From contig CAXNJO010000001.1 in the NCBI GenBank assembly GCA_964202905.1, forward strand, positions 192,001-256,000: a DNA stretch of 64,000 nucleotides. The letters are read 5' to 3'. How positions within the stretch are numbered: the stretch's first letter is position 1; each line of letters opens with the position of its first letter. The DNA is from Polyangiales bacterium (lineage in GTDB: Bacteria > Myxococcota_A > Polyangia > Polyangiales > JADJQN01). Below, piece by piece: positions 53,263 to 64,000 of this stretch. A program made the translations under genes and the position numbers. The notes beneath the pieces are model-generated. The model worked only from the letters and a program-made list of their open reading frames with translations, did no database searches and was not told where the DNA came from.

Positions 53263-54378
53263 ATGACGGATCCGGCGCGTGCGTCCGCGGGGCTGCGCAA
53301 AGCGCGCATCGTCGCGTCACCCCGCTTCGACGGGGCGCGCTTCCACAACACGCGAAGCGTCGGGCCGGGGCTCAAGTCGGGCACCGGCCCCGCGCTTTTT
53401 CGTGACCTCGTCGGCAGCGGCCGGCGCACACCGCGCGGCGCGCTCCCGCTCGTGAGCCCGCTCGAATCGTGGCAGCGCCCGCCCGAGACGGGCCTCCGCG
53501 CGACGTGGCTCGGCCACTCGACGGTGCTGCTCGAGGTCGACGGCGGGCGCGTGCTCACCGATCCGGTGTGGGGCGAGCGCGTCTCGCCGCTGTCGTTCGC
53601 AGGGCCGCGCCGCTTCCACGCGGTGCCCGCGTCGATCGCGCAGCTCCCACCGCTCGACGCGGTGATCGTCTCGCACGACCACTACGATCACCTCGATCGC
53701 CCGACCATCGCCGCGCTCGTCGCGCGCGAGGTGCCCTTCATCACCTCGCTCGGCGTCGGCGCGCACCTCGAGGCGTGGGGCGTGCCGCCCGCGCGCATCG
53801 TCGAGCTCGATTGGTGGGAGCACGTCGATCTCCCGTGCGGCCTGCGCATCACCGCCGCGCCGTCGCAGCACTTCTCGGGGCGCGGACTCGGCGACCGCAA
53901 CGCCACGGCGTGGTCGTCCTTCCACGTGCGCGGCCCGCGCCACGCGTGCTTCTTCAGCGGCGACACGGGCCTCACCGACGAATACACCGAGATCCGCACG
54001 CGCCTCGGCACGCCCGATCTCGTCATGCTCGAGGTCGGCGCGTTTCACCCCGCCTGGGCCGACATCCACCTCGGCCCCGAGAACGCGCTCGCCGCGCTGC
54101 GCCTGCTCGGCGGCGGCGCCCGCACCGCGCTCCTGCCCGTGCACTGGGGCACCTTCAACCTCGCGCTCCACGCCTGGGACGAGCCGCCCGAAACGCTGCT
54201 GCGCCTCGCCCCCGCGCACCCCGTCCAGCTCGTGATGCCCCGCCTCGGTGCGCCCATCGAGCCCGCCCGCGCGGAGCACGTCGAGCCGTGGTGGCGCGGG
54301 GTCGAGGGCCGCGCGCCCGAGCCCCCCGCGCGTGACGAGCCCGACCCCGTTCTGCCGCTGCCACCGCCCATCGACTGA
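53263..54378 (+). CDS. MBL-fold metallo-hydrolase (NAPE-PLD/RomA-like)
   Basis: 'TWLGHST', 'LTDPVW', 'SHDHYDHLD', 'PSQHFSGR', 'FSGDTG', 'PVHWGTF'. Confidence 0.9.
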   Translation: MTDPARASAGLRKARIVASPRFDGARFHNTRSVGPGLKSGTGPALFRDLVGSGRRTPRGALPLVSPLESWQRPPETGLRATWLGHSTVLLEVDGGRVLTDPVWGERVSPLSFAGPRRFHAVPASIAQLPPLDAVIVSHDHYDHLDRPTIAALVAREVPFITSLGVGAHLEAWGVPPARIVELDWWEHVDLPCGLRITAAPSQHFSGRGLGDRNATAWSSFHVRGPRHACFFSGDTGLTDEYTEIRTRLGTPDLVMLEVGAFHPAWADIHLGPENALAALRLLGGGARTALLPVHWGTFNLALHAWDEPPETLLRLAPAHPVQLVMPRLGAPIEPARAEHVEPWWRGVEGRAPEPPARDEPDPVLPLPPPID

Positions 54379-54446
54379 GCGCGCGTAGACAGCCAGCCGG
54401 CTGGCTGGCTGCCTGTCGCACGCTACGAAAGCCCCAAGTTCGTGGG

Positions 54447-55667
54447 CTATTCGAGCTCGAGCGTGGCCCACACCGGGTCGTGGTCGCTCTGGTCGAGGCC
54501 GCGCACGACGCCGCCCGCGATCACGCGGAAACCGCGCGCGAAGAGGTAGTCGAGCCGCAGGCCGCCGCGCGTGGGGTCGGTGTCGCCCGCGACCTTCACC
54601 GCGTCGGTGTAGCCCGCGCGCTCGGCGACGTAGAGCTCCGGCGCGGTGTCGTACCAGGTGTTGAAATCGCCCGCGATGATCGAGGGGCGCTCGCACGCGA
54701 GGCGCTGCGCCGCGTCGAGCGTCTGGCCGAGCTGCTCGGTGCGCAGCTCGCCGAGCGCGTCGTTGTTCTCGAAGTGCACCGAGAACACGCGCACGCTGGT
54801 GTCGCCCACGGGGATGTCGCCGTGCAGCGCGGTGCGCTGGCCGAGCCGCGGCTCGTCGCTCACGCCGAGCCAGTCGTAGCTGCCCGTGTGACAGAGCTGC
54901 GCGAGCCCGCTCAGCGGCCGCCGCGAGACGATCGCCTGCCCCGTGTCGCCGCCCACGTTGCGGTCGATCGAGAGCTCCACGAACTCGATGCCGTACGCGT
55001 AATCGGCCTCGAGCGCCTGCGCGAGCAGCCGCGCCGCGCGCCGCACGCCGTTGCGCCGCGAGCAGCGATCGACCTCGCCGAGCAGGTACACATCCGCGTC
55101 GCGCAGGTCGGGGTGTGTCGTGAGCGTCGTGATCTGCCCGTCGAGGTTGCGCGTGTACTCCACGTTCCAGGCCACCACCTTCAGCGTCCGAGGGAAGCTC
55201 GTCGGCCGCGTCGCCGGCGCGAACGAGCCCGCCTCGGCGACGGGGATCTCCACCGGGGCCATGCGCGTGTCGCCGGGCACGGGCACGTCCATGCCCGAGG
55301 TCGGGTCGCGCAGCGGCGCGCTCGGCACCGTCGGGCAGACCTGCGTGAGCGCGTCGACGTCGGGCCAGATGCCCGTGGTGCAGTCGTCGGGCACCGCGTC
55401 GGTCGGCAGCGGCGTGTTCGTCGGCGCGACCTCTCCCGTGCAGGCCCAGTCGTACTCGAAGACCTCGTCCGGCAGGATGCGCCCCGGCCCGCGCCGCGGT
55501 CGCCCGCCCTCCATCCCGCCATCGCTGATCCCCGCATCGAAGCCCGCATCCATCGGCGTCATCGGGGCGTCGTCGGCCGCGCAGCCGACGAGGGCGGCGA
55601 ATACGGCGAGCGCGGACCACGACGTGCGACGCTGCGAGCGATGGGGGGCGTGACACGGGGTCGTCAT
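54447..55667 (-). CDS. Endonuclease/exonuclease/phosphatase-family lipoprotein
   Basis: Lipobox 'LVGC', 'VAWNV', 'LGEVD', 'IIAGDFN', 'LDYLF', 'SDHDPV'. Confidence 0.88.
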   Translation of the reverse strand: MTTPCHAPHRSQRRTSWSALAVFAALVGCAADDAPMTPMDAGFDAGISDGGMEGGRPRRGPGRILPDEVFEYDWACTGEVAPTNTPLPTDAVPDDCTTGIWPDVDALTQVCPTVPSAPLRDPTSGMDVPVPGDTRMAPVEIPVAEAGSFAPATRPTSFPRTLKVVAWNVEYTRNLDGQITTLTTHPDLRDADVYLLGEVDRCSRRNGVRRAARLLAQALEADYAYGIEFVELSIDRNVGGDTGQAIVSRRPLSGLAQLCHTGSYDWLGVSDEPRLGQRTALHGDIPVGDTSVRVFSVHFENNDALGELRTEQLGQTLDAAQRLACERPSIIAGDFNTWYDTAPELYVAERAGYTDAVKVAGDTDPTRGGLRLDYLFARGFRVIAGGVVRGLDQSDHDPVWATLELE

Positions 55668-55843
55668 GGGCGCGAACTACAAGCGTCACAGCGCGTCGCG
55701 TCAATGCGGTGCCTGTGACGAGTCCGACACGAACCCCTCGGGGACGCGCGCTTCCTCACGCGCGTCGGCGCTCGACGCGCCAGGAAGCCGACACCCCGCC
55801 GCTGGTCGCGCCGCAGGACTGACCCCAGTCTGCCGCGGCGCGA

Positions 55844-57362
55844 ATGTCCTCGAGCCGCCCGTTCGTCTCTGCCTCCGACGCGCTGTCTCACACCGCGTCC
55901 CGCGCCGGTTCGCGCACCCGGCGGCCCTGCGCGCCCCTGCACGCCGCCGCGCTGCTCGCCCTGCTCGCGCTCCCACGCGGCGCCGCCGCGCAGAATGTCC
56001 CACCTCCGCCCAACGACGCTGCGGCGCCCCTCGCTTCGCCCGCCGGCGACGCGCGCGTCGAGACGCGCCGCGGGACCACGAGCGAGGCATCGCCGTCACG
56101 CGCCCCGCTCCGCCCCCTCGCCGACTTCCTCGCCGCCGCGCGCACGCACGCCGTCGACAACCGCGAGGCTCGCGCGCTCGCCGCGCAGAGCGGCGCCCGG
56201 CATCGCCGCGCCATCGCCACGCTGCTGCCCTCGCTGAGCGCGAGCGCGGGTTACACGCGCAACCAGCTCGAGATCGCCGCGAGCTTCCCGGATGGCGCGG
56301 GCGGCACCGCGCAGGCCGTCATCACCGCGCAGGACCAGCTCGAGGCGACGCTCGGCGTCGAGGCCACGCTCTTCGACTACGGGGCGCTCCGCGCGCTCGG
56401 CGGCACCGCGGCGGGCGTCGACGCCGCCGACGCGGAGATCGAGGCCAGCGAGTCCCGCACCGATCGCGCGGTGATCGAAGCGTTCTTCCAGTACGCGGGC
56501 GGCGAGGCGCTCTGTGACGCAGCGCGTCAAGCGGAGTCTGCGAGCGCGCGCAATGCGGCGGTGGTCACCGCGCGGCGGGACGCCGGCCTCGCCTCGGAGC
56601 TCGACGTCGCGCGCGCGGAGGCTGCCATCGCCCGCGCCGCGCAGGCCCGCAGCGACGCCGAGCTCGCCGCCCGCCGCGCCGCGCGCGTGCTTGCGCACGC
56701 TGAGCGGGCTCGCCGTGACGGGCGCTGCGCCGCCGCTCGGCGACGCCCTCGACGAGGAAGGGCCACTCGCGCCATTCATCGCCGACGTCGATCGCCTGCC
56801 CGCGGTGCGCGCCGCCCGTGCGCAGCTGCGCAGCGCCGAGGCGAGCGCCGGCGCCGCGTGGGGCGCGCTGCTCCCGCGCGTCACGGCGAGCTTCCGCGAG
56901 CGCATCACCAACGCGCCGGGCTTCGGGCCGAACGCGCTCTGGAGCGCAGGGCTCGCCGCGTCGTGGCGCCTCGACGCGGGTGACGTCGCCGCGCTCCGCG
57001 AAGGGGCCGCGGCCGCCGAGGTCGCACGCATCCGCGCGGACCGCGCCGACGAGCTCGCGCGCGACGCGATCGAAGACGCCTGGCAGGTCGTGCACGCGCG
57101 CCTGGCGCAGGCCCGCGCCGCCCGCAGCGAGCGCGACACAGCGGCCCGCGCGGCCGAGGTCGCACGCACCCGCTACGCGGCCGGCACCGCGACCGCGCTC
57201 GAGGTCGTCGAGGCCGAGCGCGACGCCTTCGCCGCCGACGTGAGCCGCGTCCGCGCCGACACCGAGCTCGCCTACGCCCGCGCCGCGCTGCGCCTCGCCG
57301 CCGGGCAGGCGCCGCGCGTCGATGCCGCAACGAACGACACCGCGACGGGGAGCGCACCATGA
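55844..57362 (+). CDS. TolC-family outer-membrane efflux protein; frameshift at about 56690
   Basis: Two OEP-like halves ('LLPSLSASAGY', 'AGLASELDVARAE', 'RYAAGTATALEVVEAE') in ORFs 55844.. and 56514..57362. Confidence 0.82.
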
Positions 57363-58515
57363 GCGCCCCGCGCCGCGCACCGCTGTCGCTGCGCCTCCGC
57401 GCGATGAGCCGCGTCGGGCTGCGCATGATGCTGCACGACAAGGCGAAGCTGCTCGGCACCGTGCTCGGCGTCGTCTTCGCCGTCGTGCTCGCGATCCAGC
57501 AGCTCTCGATCCTCTTCGGGCTCCTCGACAAGAACACGATGTTCGTCGACCACGCGCGCGCCGACGTCTGGATCGCGCCGCCCGGCACCGAGCTCTTCCA
57601 GCCCGGCGACACGCTCCCCGAGTCGGTGCTCGTGCGCGCGCGCACCACGCCCGGCGTCGCGCTCGCCGAGCCGCTCATCGCCGCGGGCGCCACGGTGCGT
57701 CGGCCCGAGGGCGGCAGCGAGGCCGTGACGCTCATCGGCACCGCGTTGCCCGCGCGCCTCGGCGGTCCGTGGAGCCTCGTCGCCGGCGACGTCCGCGCGC
57801 TCGACGCGCCCGACACCGTCTTCTTCGAGGACGCCGAGCGCGCCAAGTACGGCGGCATGGACCTCGGCACGGTGCGCGAGGTCAACGGGCGCCGCGTGCG
57901 CGCGGGCGGCTTCACCTGGGGCCTGCTGCCCTTCGGCCCGGCTTACGCCTTCGCGGAGCTCGGCCTCGCGCGGGAGCTCGCGCGCATCCCCACCGATCGG
58001 CAGAACTTCGTGCTCGTCACCGTGCGCCCGGGCGAGCTGGCCGAGGCCGTGCGCGATCGCCTCGCCGCGCGCATCCCCGAGGCGCGCGTGCTCACGCAGA
58101 CCGAGTTCTCCGGCGCGATCGTGGGCGCGCTGCTCCGCGAGCAGCTCGGCGTGAGCTTCGGGACGAGCACCGCCTTCGGCCTGATCATCGGCTTCATCAT
58201 CGTCGCGCTCTCGATGTTCTCGAGCGTCATCGACAACCTCCGCGAGTTCGGGACGCTCAAGGCGATCGGCTGCACCAACCTCGACCTCACCGGCCTGCTG
58301 CTCGTGCAATCGGTCGCGTACGCGGTGCTCGGCACCTTCGTCGGCCTCGGCCTCGTCTCGGGCATGACCGAGGGCATCCGCAGCCCGCAGCTCGTGCCGA
58401 TCGTGCCGATGCCGCTCTACGTTCTGACACCTCTCGTGATGGTGTCGATCTGCATCGCCGCCGCGGGCCTCGCGCTCCTCCGCATCCGCAAGCTCGAGCC
58501 GGGCATGGTGTTCCG

Positions 58516-58519
<4 letters not shown>
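57359..58519 (+). CDS. ABC transporter permease (MacB/FtsX, DevC-like)
   Basis: 'GVVFAVVL..QQ', 'ADVWI', 'LREFGTLKAIG', 'LEPGMVFR'. Confidence 0.9.
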
Positions 58520-59263
<744 letters not shown>

Positions 59264-59267
<4 letters not shown>

Positions 59268-60358
59268 AGCTCCCCCGACTCCGCCTCGGCTGGCTGCTCG
59301 TCGCCGCCGTCTTCGTCTTCCTCGGCACCAACCTCGTGCGCGCCGTGCTCGCCGACGAGCCCACGCGCCCGCGCCCCGCCGACGTCGCCCGCGCCGCGCG
59401 CAGCACCACGCAGCCCGGCGACGAGCGCCTCTCTGTGCCGGTCGGCGACTACGTCGGCGGCAACGGCGTCGTCGAGCCCCGCGACCGCGAGACGCGCGTC
59501 GCCGCCTCGCAGGGCGGCCGCATCGCGCGCGTGCTCGTCGAAGAGGGCCAGCGCGTCGCCGAGGGCGATCCGCTCGTCGCGCTCGACGCCGAGATCGAAG
59601 CGGCCGCGCTCGCCGTCGCCGAGGCCGAGCTCGCCGCCGCCGAGGCCGAGCTCGCGCTGCGCGTCCGCGGGAGCCGCGACGAAGACGTGCTCGCCGCGAC
59701 GGCCGAGGCCGAGGCCGGCTACGCGCGCGCCTCGCTGAGCCGCGGCGTCGCCGAGCGCCTGCAGACGGCAGCGCAGGGCGGCGGCGCGACGCGCGACGAG
59801 GTCGAGCGCGCCCGCGGTCAGGCCGACGCCGATCGCGCGACGGCCGCGCAGCTCGAGGCCCGCCGCCGCGCGAGCGTCTCGGGCAGCCGCCGCGAAGAGC
59901 TGGTCGCCGCCCGCGCGCGCCGCGACGCCGCCGCCGCGCGCCGCGATCAGGCCCGCGCGCAACGCGAGGTGCGCACCATCCGCGCGCCGATCGCGGGTGA
60001 AGTGCTCCAGGTGAAGGTGCGCGCCGGCGAGTACGCGCCGCCCGGCGGCGAGCCGCTCGTCGTGCTCGGCGACACCACGTCGCTCCGCGCGCGCATCGAC
60101 GTCGACGAGCGCGAGCTCGGCCGCGTGCGCGTCGGCGCCACCGCGCGCCTGCGCGTCTCGGCGTGGCCCGGCGTCGACTTCGCGGGGCGCGTCGTCGCGC
60201 TCGGCCGCCGCATGGGCCGCAAGAACGTCCGCACCGACGACCCCGTCGAGCGCAACGACACGAAGATCCTCGAGGTGCTCGTCGAGCTCGCACAGCCCCC
60301 CGCCGATCGCCCGCTCTTCGTCGGCCAGCGCGTGACCGCCTTCCTCGACGCGCGCTGA
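59264..60358 (+). CDS. HlyD-family periplasmic adaptor
   Basis: TM anchor, 'GRIARVLVEEGQRVAEGDPL', coiled coil, 'IRAPIAGEV'. Confidence 0.9.
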
Positions 60359-60376
60359 CGGGCGACACATCGCGCG

Positions 60377-60775
60377 ATGTCCGCACGCCCCACGCTCACG
60401 ATCGGCGACCGCCACCTCTCCTCGTGGTCGCTGCGCCCCTGGCTCGCGCTGCGCGTCGCCACGCCCGACTTCGACACGCAGCTCATCCGCCTGCGCCGCG
60501 ACGACACCGCCGCGCGCATCCGCGCGATGTCGCCGGGCGGCAAGGTGCCCGTGCTCACGGACGGCGACGTCGTGGTGTGGGAGTCGCTCGCCATCCGCGA
60601 ATACCTCGCCGAGCGCTTCCCCGAAGCGCAGCGATGGCCCGAGGGTCACCACGCGCGCGCCCACGCCCGCGCCGCCGCGAGCGAGATGCACGCGGGCTTC
60701 GCGCCGCTGCGCCAGCACATGTCGACGCGCAGCAGGCCTCTCCCTGACCCCGCCGCGACACCGCAACATCCTTGA
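60377..60775 (+). pseudogene. Glutathione S-transferase, N-terminal domain only (C-terminally truncated)
   Basis: 'SSWSLRPWL', 'SPGGKVPVL', 'WESLAIREYLAE', 'EMHAGFAPLR', then an abrupt end at 132 aa. Confidence 0.75.
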
Positions 60776-60868
60776 TGCGTCGTGACGCGCCCGCGAGCAC
60801 GGGATTCGCGAATCCCATGCGCCCGATGTCGTGATTCGGATTCCGCGTGTTGCCGTCGTCCTGGGGAG

Positions 60869-62968
60869 TCAGCGCGCGCGCAGCACGCGGAAGCCGCGCG
60901 GCCCGAGCGAGAGCGCGCCGCTGCTCACCGTGCCGCCCGAGACGAGGTCGTCGTACATCCCATCCGGGATCGTCACCGACTGCCCGCCGTCCGCGCGGTT
61001 GATCGCGACGACGACGCTCGCCGCGCCGCAGCCCGCCATCCGATACACCCACGTATCCTGCGTCGCCGAGAGCGTCTCGCGGCGGCCGCGCCCGAGCACG
61101 GCATTCTCTCCCCGGATGCGCGAGAGCGCCGTCACCGTCTCGCGCAGCGCGCGCTGCGGTGGGAGCAGCGTCGCGCCCTCGTCCTCCCACGGCATCATGC
61201 GGCGGTTGTCCGGGTCGCCGCCGCCCGCGAGCCCGATCTCGTCGCCGTAATAGATCAACGGCACACCCGGGTTCGTCATCATCACGACGAAGGCCAACGC
61301 GAGGCGCTCATAGGGCGCGGCGTCCGTCGGCTGGCGGAAGCTCCCCGCATCCCAGCCGTTGCCCGCGTTGCTCCCCGCGCGGCAATCCCCGATCTGCCGG
61401 CTCGCGAAGTGGATCGCGCGCGGGATGTCGTGATTGCCGATCCACGTGCTCATCAGCGCACCCGCGCCATAGCGCGCGTCGTTCTCGGCCATCCAGCCGG
61501 CGAAGGTGTCGAGCCGCCCGCCCGGCGTGAAGAGCGCTTCGCACGCCCGCGCCTTGAAGGGGAAATCGAACTGCCCATCGAGCATCGTATTCGGGTTCAC
61601 GAAGCGCCCGAGCGTGCCGTAGTCGTCGTAGGTGAACGTCTCGCCGACCATGTAGAAGCGGTCGCGCCCCGTGACGTCGAAGTCGCGCGTCATCCGCGCG
61701 CGCAGATCCATCAGCCACTCGAGCGGGATGTGCTTCACCGCGTCGAGCCGATAGCCGTCGAGGTCGTATTCGCGCGCCCACCACGCGGCGTCGTTCACGC
61801 TCCAGCCGCGCGCCGACGCGTTGTAGAAATCGAAGGACGGCAGATAGGTGGTGAACGCGCAGCGCGTGCCCCAATAGGCATCGTCCCAGACGTTCCCATC
61901 CGCGCAGGTGCGCACCGGGTCGATGAACCAGTCGCGATGCGCGGCGAACAAACCACTCTCGTTGTCGACGTGCTTCATCACGTAATCGAACATCACCTTC
62001 ATCCCATGGCCGTTGGCGCCCGTCGTCGCGTGGAGCGCGTCGACGAAGGCGTGCAGGTCCATCGCGTCGCCGAGGCGCGACTCGACCTGCGGCTCCGGCG
62101 TGGGATTGAGCGGGTCCGCGTAGCTGATGTTCGCGGGCTTCGGCCAATAGCCGTGATAGGCCGAATACGAGCGTGGGTCCGCGCCCGGATCGATGGCCGG
62201 CCCCGCCGAATCCCGCCCCTCGTAAGGCGCCGACAACCACACCGCCGTCACGCCGAGCTCCGCGAGATAGGGAATCTGCTCGGTCACGCCCGCGAGGTCG
62301 CCACCCTCGTATTGACCGCTCGGGCCGGTGCGCGCGTCGCCGTCGGTCGCGCCGAAGACGGGTGAATCGTTCGAGGGATCGCCGTTGCGGAAGCGGTCCA
62401 TCATCGCGAAATAAAGCACCGTGTCCCGCCAATCGAACTCCGTCGGAACACCGCAGCTCCCGCCGCACACATCGAGCAGGCTGTTGCGCCCACCGAAGCC
62501 GTCCGGCTCCGAGACGGGGTTGCGCGGATCGTCGATCCAGCGCGTCTCGTCGACGATGAACTTGTAGCGGCGCGTCCCGCTGAGCGCGATGCGCGTCGTC
62601 ACGGACCACACGCCCGCGCCGTCGTTCACGAGCGGAACCGCGCCCGTCGCCGGTGTCGCGGGCCACGGCCCGCCCGGCGTCACCGCGAGCCAGTCCCCCG
62701 TGACCCACACGCTGCGCGCCGCGCGGTCCTCGAAGGAGAACGTGACCGTGCTGCACGTGGACGGCGTGTCCCCGGCGTCGCCCGCACCGCCATCGCCGGG
62801 CCGCGGTCCCGCGTCGCTGCCGCCGCACGCGGGGCCCCCGTCCGTGCCGCACGCGATCCGGGAGGCGTCCCGCGGGACGAGCGGCCCGTCGCCGGGCGCA
62901 TCGCACGCGGCCGCGAACAGGGCGAGGACGAACACGGTGTCGAGCGGGCGCCGGAAACGGACGGACAT
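60869..62968 (-). CDS. GH13 alpha-amylase-family lipoprotein with CBM48-like N-terminal domain
   Basis: Lipobox 'FAAAC', 'YKFIVD..WIDDPRNP', 'DRFRNGD', 'GGDLAG', 'YHGYW', 'GYRLDAVKH', 'VGE', 'NHD', 'YYGDEIG'. Confidence 0.92.
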   Translation of the reverse strand: MSVRFRRPLDTVFVLALFAAACDAPGDGPLVPRDASRIACGTDGGPACGGSDAGPRPGDGGAGDAGDTPSTCSTVTFSFEDRAARSVWVTGDWLAVTPGGPWPATPATGAVPLVNDGAGVWSVTTRIALSGTRRYKFIVDETRWIDDPRNPVSEPDGFGGRNSLLDVCGGSCGVPTEFDWRDTVLYFAMMDRFRNGDPSNDSPVFGATDGDARTGPSGQYEGGDLAGVTEQIPYLAELGVTAVWLSAPYEGRDSAGPAIDPGADPRSYSAYHGYWPKPANISYADPLNPTPEPQVESRLGDAMDLHAFVDALHATTGANGHGMKVMFDYVMKHVDNESGLFAAHRDWFIDPVRTCADGNVWDDAYWGTRCAFTTYLPSFDFYNASARGWSVNDAAWWAREYDLDGYRLDAVKHIPLEWLMDLRARMTRDFDVTGRDRFYMVGETFTYDDYGTLGRFVNPNTMLDGQFDFPFKARACEALFTPGGRLDTFAGWMAENDARYGAGALMSTWIGNHDIPRAIHFASRQIGDCRAGSNAGNGWDAGSFRQPTDAAPYERLALAFVVMMTNPGVPLIYYGDEIGLAGGGDPDNRRMMPWEDEGATLLPPQRALRETVTALSRIRGENAVLGRGRRETLSATQDTWVYRMAGCGAASVVVAINRADGGQSVTIPDGMYDDLVSGGTVSSGALSLGPRGFRVLRAR

Positions 62969-63168
62969 CCGGTGATGCTCGCGTCGCGGGGAGCCGAGCG
63001 CAAGCGCAGCGATGCGCCGCGGTCCGACGGCCGCCCCGCTGCGGCCGCACCGGCTGCGTGACGCGTGCGGTCCTCCGTTCGGGGACGACCTCGACCGAAC
63101 GCGCCGCGACAACCTTGCCGCAGCGGGCGGTCAGACCCTATGAACGGCGCTCGTCCGGAGGATGTCCC

Positions 63169-64000
63169 ATGCAGCACTCATCCGCTCATCACCTCGCGCG
63201 CGTCCCGGCCCCCGGCCCGTTCAGTCGTCTCGGCGCGTGGCTGCGCAGGCTCGGCGGCGCGTCGGAGCCGGCGCCCGAGGCACAGGCCACGCTCGACGCG
63301 TTCGGCCGCGCGCTCGCCGTCGTCGAGTTCGGCCTCGACGGGACGGTGCACCACGCGAACGCGAACTTCCTTCAGATCATGGGCTACGCCGCGCACGAGG
63401 TGGAGGGCCGCCACCACTCGATGTTCGTCGACGCCGGCCACGCGCGCTCCGCGGAATACCAGCGCTTCTGGGCCGACATGCAGAGCGGGCGCGCGGTCGT
63501 CGCCGAGGTGGAGCGGCAGGCCAAGGGCCGCCGGCGCGTGTGGATTCAGGCGAGTTACTGCCCCGTGCTCGGCGCGGATGGCCGCGTCACGAAGGTCGTC
63601 AAGATCGCGTCGGACGTCACCGCTCGCAAACTCCGCGCCGCCGACCAAGAAGCCCAGCTGGCCGCGCTCGGCAAGGCGCTCGCCGTGATCGAGTTCGCCC
63701 TCGACGGCACGATCCTCGAGGCGAACGACAACTTCCTGCGCACCATGGGCTACACGCTCGACGAGGTCCGCGGCCGCAAACACGCGATGTTCGTCGACCC
63801 GTCCTACGCGCGCAGCGCGGACTACCAGCGCTTCTGGAGCGACCTCGGCGCCGGCGAGTTCAAGACGGCCGAGTTCAAGCGCTATGGCAAGGCCGGGCGC
63901 GAGGTCTGGATCCAGGCCTCGTACAACCCCGTGCTCGACGCCGGCGGCGTTCCGACCAAGGTCGTGAAGTTCGCGACCGACATCACCGACGTCAAGCGCC
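63169..64000 (+). CDS. PAS/PAC-repeat sensor, probably a soluble methyl-accepting chemotaxis protein (3'-partial)
   Basis: GGAGG RBS and ATG 63169. Two repeats of 'AVIEF.LDGT...AN.NFL..MGY...EV.GR.H.MFVD...WIQASY.PV...KVVK.A.D.T'; the frame is open to the window edge. Confidence 0.85.
   Translation, partial: MQHSSAHHLARVPAPGPFSRLGAWLRRLGGASEPAPEAQATLDAFGRALAVVEFGLDGTVHHANANFLQIMGYAAHEVEGRHHSMFVDAGHARSAEYQRFWADMQSGRAVVAEVERQAKGRRRVWIQASYCPVLGADGRVTKVVKIASDVTARKLRAADQEAQLAALGKALAVIEFALDGTILEANDNFLRTMGYTLDEVRGRKHAMFVDPSYARSADYQRFWSDLGAGEFKTAEFKRYGKAGREVWIQASYNPVLDAGGVPTKVVKFATDITDVKR

Overview
Very GC-rich bacterial chromosome segment whose gene content points to Myxococcota, probably Polyangia/Sandaracinaceae-like (many lipoproteins with acidic 'DAG' linkers, a Ser/Thr kinase, TPR and FGE proteins). 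The taxon is inferred. Scattered indels split many genes, as expected from an unpolished long-read or MAG assembly, and are densest at about 18.4-20.3 kb and 39.3-44.6 kb. The core-like content is an alpha-2-macroglobulin-like protein, two vWA lipoproteins, three tandem AIM24/TIGR00266 genes divergent from a class II ribonucleotide reductase (nrdJ, with candidate NrdR boxes), a PGRP-type amidase, a TolB-like lipoprotein, htpG, a quinone oxidoreductase, a UbiA-family phosphoribosyltransferase, two DUF3857/transglutaminase-like proteins, an MBL hydrolase, an EEP lipoprotein, a TolC-ABC-HlyD exporter, a GST fragment, a GH13 amylase and a partial PAS chemoreceptor. The most notable feature is an accessory island at about 22.6-35.3 kb between the convergent TolB-like gene and htpG. 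It is bracketed by inverted copies, and subdivided by direct copies, of a complex ~150-240 bp repeat with tandem G/C-tract units, a hairpin and a conserved 30-bp core. It carries a macro-domain gene, vapBC, a C39-like peptidase next to a DUF262/HNH (GmrSD-like) nuclease, an intact IS4 with a 10-bp target duplication, IS3/IS66/ISL3 remnants and a captured ggt'-sulP-carbonic anhydrase operon fragment. No rRNA, tRNA or CRISPR array was recognised. All family assignments come from motif recognition by eye; no searches were run.
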